64,000 nt of DNA, from positions 64,001-128,000 of IMG/VR virus record IMGVR_UViG_3300026488_000012; one strand, written 5' to 3'. The translations under genes and the position numbers were made by a program. Below, piece after piece: positions 58,052-64,000 of the stretch. The number at the start of each line of letters is the position of its first letter. Position 1 is the first letter of the stretch. The notes beneath the pieces were generated by a model that was given only the letters and a program-made list of their open reading frames with translations, searched no databases and had not been told where the DNA came from. This stretch comes from a virus.

Positions 58052-60263
58052 TATTATAAATAGATACGCAAAGTATTTTAAAGATAACAACTCTGAGTTA
58101 AGACTGAGATATGAGTTATTTTCAATTCACGCGCTTAACCCGTTTGTTATATATAACTCTTCTCCAAGAGGATTGATGATGGCGTCGCATGTATCACAGA
58201 TACTTGTTATAGATAATCCTGAGAAAGACATAATACAGACGCCTACTATGAATGATCTTAGTAGATATGTTATATCTAAGAAGTTTCTACATGATGCAGA
58301 GATAATTGATGTAATAAGTAGATATAGTAATCCATCCATAGGTAAAGAGGTAGAGTATGATATCATCTATAGAAGACTAGATGACGGTAAGGTTGACGTA
58401 ATGAAAATACCATTATTTAATAAATTTCACACCTATTTTGGATTCCTATACAAATTCCTATTAAATCATAGAGAGTTATACCCGGGAACAATAGTTAAAA
58501 AAGATACATACGTAGCAGTACCGCCTACTGTTATAGATGTTGATGACGAGGGCAATTTTGACTATGGGTTTGGTTTAAATGCTAACGTAGCAATGATAAC
58601 TATACCGGAGACTGCAGAAGATGGTATAGTGATATCCGAATCATTCGCTAAGAAACTTAAATTTAAGACTATAGAGAAAAGAGTTTTATTCGTAGAACCT
58701 GATGAGGTATTACTTAATCTTTATGGAAATGATGAACATTATAAGCCTTTCCCTGAGATAGGAGAGGAAATAAACCCAGACGGTGTTTTAATGGCAAAGA
58801 GAAAGATAGATGATGAGATAATAATAGGACTATTGTCTAAGGATGAGTTAAGAAGAGTTAATCCTATGTTCGACGAGGCTGTATATTGTAAAGGAAAAGT
58901 TATAGATATTAAAGTCTATAAAAATTATAAGAACAAGATGATACCTATGGAACCAGACGAGTTTATTAACAAATATGTACAGGGTATGAGTGATTACCAT
59001 AGAAGAATAGTTGATATATACAACGTTCTTAAAAGATCAGACCCTAACTTAGAAATGACTCCACTGTTTATAAAATATGTATCGAACAGTATAGGTTATT
59101 TAGAATCAGAAGAGTATAGAAGAAAGAAAGTATATAGAAAGGAGGAGATAGAACTTTACAGAATAGAAATAGAAGTAGTTAGGGAAATAATACCTACTAA
59201 AGGATTTAAGTTGTCAGACTTCCACGGGGGTAAATCTGTGATAGTGGATGTATGGAAAGACGAAGATATGCCAGTAGATGAATTTGGAAATAGAGCTGAT
59301 ATCATAGCTGACCCGTCTGCTACCGTATCCAGACTTAACATAGGTAGGATGTACGAGAGGTACATAAAGGCTGCGTCCAGAGAAGCTAAGAGACAGCTTA
59401 TAAATAAAATAAGAGAGTTACTTAATCTAACTGAAGTATCTTCTCAAGATGTCGATATATTATCAGACGAACAAGTAGTTAATTTATTTAAAGAATATGT
59501 AATAGAATTTGTAAATATGTTCGATACTGAACAAAAAGCTGCTTACAACCAAGTATTACAGGGTAATGATATTGTCTCTATGAGAGAGATAATTAAAGAG
59601 ATAGTAGATGAGGAGTTCTATATCTATCTAACTCTGGATAATCCGAAAAGAGCTTATGAGATAGTGGTAGATATAGAGTTGTCTAAATTTAAACCTCCAT
59701 ATGGTAAGGTTAAGTTCAATTATTATGGTACTCCTGTGGAAACTAAAAATCCGGTAATGATAGCACCGATGTATTACATACTTCTATCTAAAATAGCAGA
59801 TGACTATCTCGTAACATCTTCTGCTAAGTTAAATCATTTCGGTACTCCTATTACTGTATCATCAGTGGATAAACACAGGTTACCGCATAGGAATTCTCCT
59901 ACAAGAGTATTAGGAGAGACTGAAACTAGACTATATGCGTCGTATTGTGGTAGAGAGTTTCTAGCCGAGTTAAGAAATAGAAATTCGTCTATAGAACAAC
60001 ACGCTACAGTCTATAGAAATATATTAAACGCAGATGAACCTACAGATATAGATGATGTTATACCGAGAGACGTTTATCCGTATAAGAACGATAGACCTCT
60101 AACTATGTTAGAAGCATTATTTCATTCAGTAGGACTGGATTTGAAATATACGGAAGATATAGATTTACTTCACGAGCCACAGCAATTAAAGACTAATGAA
60201 AATCTCGGTGATGATATAGAAATATACGAGGAAGATAAATCATCTTCAGATAGAGAGGGTTAA
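58023..60263 (+). CDS. Non-virion RNA polymerase beta subunit, C-terminal half (phiKZ gp71-73-like), uninterrupted
   Basis: 746 aa; NSSPRGLMMASHVSQ, TAEDGIVIS, GFKLSDFHGGKSVI, ADIIADP, SRLNIG, RVLGETE. Confidence 0.92.
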   Translation: MSNEFYKIKDIINRYAKYFKDNNSELRLRYELFSIHALNPFVIYNSSPRGLMMASHVSQILVIDNPEKDIIQTPTMNDLSRYVISKKFLHDAEIIDVISRYSNPSIGKEVEYDIIYRRLDDGKVDVMKIPLFNKFHTYFGFLYKFLLNHRELYPGTIVKKDTYVAVPPTVIDVDDEGNFDYGFGLNANVAMITIPETAEDGIVISESFAKKLKFKTIEKRVLFVEPDEVLLNLYGNDEHYKPFPEIGEEINPDGVLMAKRKIDDEIIIGLLSKDELRRVNPMFDEAVYCKGKVIDIKVYKNYKNKMIPMEPDEFINKYVQGMSDYHRRIVDIYNVLKRSDPNLEMTPLFIKYVSNSIGYLESEEYRRKKVYRKEEIELYRIEIEVVREIIPTKGFKLSDFHGGKSVIVDVWKDEDMPVDEFGNRADIIADPSATVSRLNIGRMYERYIKAASREAKRQLINKIRELLNLTEVSSQDVDILSDEQVVNLFKEYVIEFVNMFDTEQKAAYNQVLQGNDIVSMREIIKEIVDEEFYIYLTLDNPKRAYEIVVDIELSKFKPPYGKVKFNYYGTPVETKNPVMIAPMYYILLSKIADDYLVTSSAKLNHFGTPITVSSVDKHRLPHRNSPTRVLGETETRLYASYCGREFLAELRNRNSSIEQHATVYRNILNADEPTDIDDVIPRDVYPYKNDRPLTMLEALFHSVGLDLKYTEDIDLLHEPQQLKTNENLGDDIEIYEEDKSSSDREG

Positions 60264-60297
60264 ATCCCTCTCTTGTTATTTCAAATTTTTTCATTTA

Positions 60298-60320
60298 TGT
60301 ATTACTAAACTGTAACAAAA
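60298..60320 (+). promoter_or_regulatory. Early-type promoter motif driving the structured RNA
   Basis: TGTATTAC-TAAACTGTAACAAAA. Confidence 0.65.
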
Positions 60321-60325
60321 CAAAA

Positions 60326-60446
60326 AACCTCTCTACCAAGTACTGCTCCTCTGGTGTGAAGGAGAAGGTCGAGACTAACCCCGGTGGTATAAGGGGAGTC
60401 AGAAGACCTTCTCGACGAAGAGGAGACGTGGAACGGTAGAGAGGTT
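60326..60446 (+). ncRNA. 121-nt rod-like structured RNA / 5' leader of 60461 gene
   Basis: Nested stems: 60326-60337/60435-60446 (12 bp), 60346-60352/60419-60425, 60362-60370/60405-60413, 60373-60376/60397-60400, 60379-60382/60393-60396; visibly GC-rich. Confidence 0.7.
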
Positions 60447-60460
60447 AAAAGGAGTAGATA

Positions 60461-60967
60461 ATGAAAAAAATTAAAGTGGAGTACGATTATAAAGAAATTT
60501 CTTCCCCTGATATTGACGTTATAAAGGAGATAAGAATTGGCGAGAAAGTAGTCTCGCCAATAGCAGTAAAAGGAGTAGAATCCATTAGTCCCAACAGATT
60601 ATTTAGCAATGTAACTAGTGCAAGAGCAATAGTTCTTGCTTATCTTTTTGAGGATGAGATAAATAATTTGTTGCCTTACCCTATGATGATTTTCGATAAT
60701 AGAGGAACAAATGTGGTCGCTACGGAAAGAGAGGAAGATGAATTTCTCTCTTATGATTATGTAGATATGACAGGGGTTAATTGTGGAAGAAGTCAACCGA
60801 CTTATAAGATATTTGAGTTAACCGGGGACCTAATGACCGATGTTTATCACATCATTAACCCTCCGGTGAGGATAGATTATATCTATCCTAAGTTTAGAGC
60901 GGATATTCTTTATTTAGGGAATCAGGCGTTCGCTCTACTTGATGTAGAATTTATAAAACCATATTAA
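60461..60967 (+). CDS. Hypothetical protein
   Basis: 168 aa, AGGAG at 60450-60454; 18-bp palindrome 60969-60986 follows the stop. Confidence 0.8.
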   Translation: MKKIKVEYDYKEISSPDIDVIKEIRIGEKVVSPIAVKGVESISPNRLFSNVTSARAIVLAYLFEDEINNLLPYPMMIFDNRGTNVVATEREEDEFLSYDYVDMTGVNCGRSQPTYKIFELTGDLMTDVYHIINPPVRIDYIYPKFRADILYLGNQAFALLDVEFIKPY

Positions 60968-61102
60968 TGGGAGTTTATAAACTCCCTTTAATTTCTTCTT
61001 TTTTTTTTATTTTAAACATATATATATATATGTATGTATTTCGAACTGATTTCGTGTATATACTATTAAAACGCAATAAAACAAAAAAAAAAGGAGTTAA
61101 AA

Positions 61103-62107
61103 ATGGTACTTAATCAAAATTTAGCTGATCAAAATTCAGTAAGTAGAGTAAAAAGATGTACAGTTTGTGGAGCAGTATACGGTCGCTCCATAGGAACGCT
61201 GGAAAGATGTGATATCTGTGGCGGTATACTCATAGACGCGACACAAGATGCTTTTCTACAACAAAGAATGAATCAAGGATTCGCGCCATCATATTCGTAT
61301 ATTCCAAATACGCCTAATCATATACCTGGACATATGAATATGTCCAGTAATTCTAATTTATATACACCTCATGTAGGTAATAAAACATTCTTGAAGGACC
61401 TATATGAAAACGGTCTCATCGATACCTATGTGAAAGTCACTTATAGTTTTCAAGAGGCGTACGAGGATAAAAATTGGATTTTACACTACGGTTATGGTAC
61501 AGGTATGTATGGTCTAAAAAATGAAATCACACAAGTAGAACAAGGTGATGTTGGTAGAGATTCATTAACGCTAGGAACGTTGTTTAATGACACAGTAACT
61601 TTGTTAAAAGAAGTGGTACTTGATGAGGATAGTAAAGGAACACTGGATATAGATGCCAGTGTTACGTATATTCGTGGAGACAATAATATAGACAGTATAT
61701 TACAGGTGATTGAATTAGATAACGACGGCGAAAAAGCATTGACCGCAAGTTTAATAAGTGAGGAAAGCAAATGCATAGACGGCGTTTATAAAAAAGCTAT
61801 GCTTCTCACCGTTTATTATTTAAATAGAGAATTAATATTAAGTAATGAAGTCTCTATTACTATCGAAGACGTTGAGTTGGAAGATGGTAATAGAGTACTT
61901 TATATAAGTTCTGATAACTCAAAAACTGTAAGAAGAGTTAACTTTAGAGAAAACACAAACAGTATTTATATCTACGATAACATTAATCTTCTACCAGAAG
62001 AGATTAAATATGTTTACAGTTTAAGGTTAGTAGATAGTGAATCTTACAAAATCGCAGTTGACAGTTTAAAATTAAAAGTAAACTACAGAGTAAGAAAGAC
62101 TACATAG
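61103..62107 (+). CDS. Hypothetical protein with N-terminal zinc ribbon
   Basis: 334 aa; CTVC-x13-CDIC; early-type motif near 61059-61080 and AAGGAG RBS. Confidence 0.8.
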   Translation: MVLNQNLADQNSVSRVKRCTVCGAVYGRSIGTLERCDICGGILIDATQDAFLQQRMNQGFAPSYSYIPNTPNHIPGHMNMSSNSNLYTPHVGNKTFLKDLYENGLIDTYVKVTYSFQEAYEDKNWILHYGYGTGMYGLKNEITQVEQGDVGRDSLTLGTLFNDTVTLLKEVVLDEDSKGTLDIDASVTYIRGDNNIDSILQVIELDNDGEKALTASLISEESKCIDGVYKKAMLLTVYYLNRELILSNEVSITIEDVELEDGNRVLYISSDNSKTVRRVNFRENTNSIYIYDNINLLPEEIKYVYSLRLVDSESYKIAVDSLKLKVNYRVRKTT

Positions 62108-62131
62108 TCTTTCTTACTCGTCATCTTTTTT

Positions 62132-62206
62132 TTTTTAATTTTAACTATATATATTGTTATCTTACTAAAATGCAATAAAACTACAAGATTAGGAGGTAAA
62201 TATGAG
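62132..62206 (+). repeat. Promoter-RBS-start cassette, copy 3 (75 bp identical)
   Basis: tttttaattttaactatatatattgttatcttactaaaatgcaataaaactacaagattaggaggtaaatatgag matches 49388..49462 and 57953..58027. Confidence 0.95.
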
Positions 62207-64000
62207 AATAGGCGTTAGAACACTTTATAGATTACCATTAAAAGACATAGTTGAGTTAAGAACTAATTTAACATTAGTATTCGAAGACGGTATAGAGATA
62301 CAAGCTACGTATAAAGAGGTTATAATATTTAGAGCATTAACAGATTTTCTTACCAAATGGGAAGTACCCATTACGTCAGATATGTGGTTAAGTAACTTCT
62401 ATACGAAAGGTTACTTCAGTAAGGATACTTACTTAGAAATGTATTCTCTTATGTATCAGAGAATCGTTAAACTAATTCTTGAACCGCAAGGAAGATATGG
62501 AGAACATTCCGAGGTATTAAAAGACATATTCAAATCTGTTAATATTTTCGTAAATGAGATTGTATCTAAGATACAGGATTATAATATAGGTATAGAGATT
62601 ATAGATATTTTACCTATAGCGTTAGACGAGGAACAGCTGTTATCTATTATGGAAGTAGAGAAAAATCCTACACAAGAATCTATCGAACACACGTATCAAG
62701 TGTTAGATAAAGTTATACATAAACCTGAGAATAGTGGAAAAGTTATGAGACTCGTTTATGATTCAGGTATGGTTAATCTCAATCAGCTAAGACAGCTATT
62801 CGGTAGTAGGGGATTCTTAACAGAGATAAATTCACAGATATTTAAGAAACCTATGATAAATAGCTTTACATTAGGTTTTAGGGATATGTATGAAGCTATT
62901 ATAGAGTCAAGAGCGGGTGCGAAAGCTCTTAACTTATCTACAAAAGCTATTCAGAAATCTGAGAAGACAGCAAGAGAATTTCAGTTAGCTACTATGCCTG
63001 TCGAAGAAATAGTTTACGGTGACTGCGGTAACAGAGACTATATGGAGATAACTGTAAGACCTAAAGAAATAGATGAAGATGGTAATGTAGTACACCAAGG
63101 AGACCTTAAAAACCTGTTAGGTTCTAAGTTTTTAAACGATAAAGGAGAATGGGAAACAATTACTCCTGAACATAAATATTTAGAAGGACAGACTATTAAG
63201 TTAAGGTCAGTATTACACTGTAAATTAAGAAACAAGAAGCAAATATGTACTGCGTGTTATGGAGACCTCGCTTATGGTATGTTTTTACATCAAAATGTGG
63301 GACATATAAATACTACAAACATAACAAGGGATATTTCACAGTCACTACTATCTACTAAACACTTATTAAAGTCAGCATCATCCGCTCCACTTAATCCACA
63401 TCCATCTGTATTTGAGTTCTTTAACCTTAAGGATGAGAAGCTATTTATAAAACCTGAGTATATAGCTAAAAAGAACAAAAACAAAATTTATATACTTGTA
63501 CCACAATCACAGGCTAGAGGGTTAAGAGGAATAAATGATATCAATATCCTTAACGTCAATATTAACAAGATATCAAGAATAACTAACATCGCAATAGTGA
63601 TAGAAGATCCAGAAGGTAATAAAGAAATACATCCGGTGTCTATACTATCGGATAGAAGATATGGATTTTTCACATTCGATTTTATCAGATATATAAGAAA
63701 GAACGGTTATTTTGTAATGGCAGAGTTTCCTGATTTTTATGCTATCGATATCTCAAACATCGATAGGAAGCTACCTATTATAAAATATGAGAGAGCAGAG
63801 TTTGACTTTAATATCTTAAGCGATGAGTTTAGTAAGCTTATAGCGGATAAGAAATACGTTATAGTAGGAGGTAAACGTAAATCTGAATATACTCCTGAAG
63901 TATTAGTTCAGAAACTATTTGACTTACTTAACAAGAAGCTATCTATAAATATTAAAAAGATAGAAGCTATGGTTTACGGATTTACTGCTTATAACTTAGA
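62202..64000 (+). CDS. Non-virion RNA polymerase beta' subunit, C-terminal half (phiKZ gp74-like); truncated by the right edge
   Basis: Not in ORF track; hand translation MRIGVRTLYRLP..., QLFGSRGFLTEINS, ESRAGAKAL, DCGNRDY, Zn site LRSVLHC...ICTACYG, SQSLLSTKHL; open to 64000. Confidence 0.92.
   Translation, partial: MRIGVRTLYRLPLKDIVELRTNLTLVFEDGIEIQATYKEVIIFRALTDFLTKWEVPITSDMWLSNFYTKGYFSKDTYLEMYSLMYQRIVKLILEPQGRYGEHSEVLKDIFKSVNIFVNEIVSKIQDYNIGIEIIDILPIALDEEQLLSIMEVEKNPTQESIEHTYQVLDKVIHKPENSGKVMRLVYDSGMVNLNQLRQLFGSRGFLTEINSQIFKKPMINSFTLGFRDMYEAIIESRAGAKALNLSTKAIQKSEKTAREFQLATMPVEEIVYGDCGNRDYMEITVRPKEIDEDGNVVHQGDLKNLLGSKFLNDKGEWETITPEHKYLEGQTIKLRSVLHCKLRNKKQICTACYGDLAYGMFLHQNVGHINTTNITRDISQSLLSTKHLLKSASSAPLNPHPSVFEFFNLKDEKLFIKPEYIAKKNKNKIYILVPQSQARGLRGINDINILNVNINKISRITNIAIVIEDPEGNKEIHPVSILSDRRYGFFTFDFIRYIRKNGYFVMAEFPDFYAIDISNIDRKLPIIKYERAEFDFNILSDEFSKLIADKKYVIVGGKRKSEYTPEVLVQKLFDLLNKKLSINIKKIEAMVYGFTAYNL

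Noticed and set aside
58023-60263. Group I intron or intein in the RNAP beta gene, as in phiKZ gp71-73
   Set aside because: Reading frame is continuous with motifs in order; no homing endonuclease or intein motifs seen here, in polB or in the terminase.
60326-60446. tRNA or SRP RNA
   Set aside because: Rod rather than cloverleaf; no T-loop GTTCRA or D-loop, no SRP domain-IV GNRA/CAGG/AGCA motif.
49381-62206. Repeats as a CRISPR array or insertion-sequence ends
   Set aside because: Three copies kilobases apart, each containing promoter, SD and start codon; no regular spacers, cas genes or transposase.
2581-63673. The many 60-170 aa opposite-strand ORFs in the track (e.g. 2581, 7252, 26026, 37938, 38631)
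   Set aside because: Antisense shadows of K/E-rich genes (hence S/L/F-rich), no RBS, fully nested in well-supported CDSs.
1-64000. Alternative genetic code (stop reassignment)
   Set aside because: Core genes are full length under code 11, and TAA, TAG and TGA all end genes before RBS-led starts or terminators.

Overview
Very AT-rich, densely coding fragment of a phiKZ-like jumbo phage (Chimalliviridae-type core genes), standard genetic code, strong AGGAG ribosome-binding sites. From left to right: SF2 helicase (cut by the left edge); conserved core gene; large terminase; a ~0.9 kb non-coding hairpin-rich region; an early accessory region (paralogous early proteins, AAA+ ATPase, a WDGH-type pseudogene, RecJ-like DHH exonuclease, a T7-gp0.7-like kinase fold); PhuZ tubulin with its downstream block; the polymerase half of a split family-B DNA polymerase; two HEXXH membrane paralogs; a baseplate/inner-head/neck virion block; SbcD-like nuclease; the non-virion RNA polymerase block (gp68-like, gp69/PicA-like, gp70-like, beta C-half, beta' C-half cut by the right edge), with an inserted SLT, dNMP kinase and a structured RNA. 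No tRNA, CRISPR array or mobile element was seen. Main signals: (1) the two window edges cut two genes that I recall as adjacent and convergent in phiKZ-like genomes, while chimallin, capsid, portal, sheath, virion RNAP and the other halves of the split polymerases are not recognisable here, so the source may be a ~64.5 kb circular sub-genomic molecule; (2) an identical 75-106 bp promoter/RBS cassette precedes three nvRNAP subunit genes; (3) a 121-nt GC-rich rod-like RNA with a possible anti-SD switch; (4) many loop-free perfect palindromes at gene ends. All phiKZ gp-number correspondences come from recalled motifs and synteny; no database search was run.
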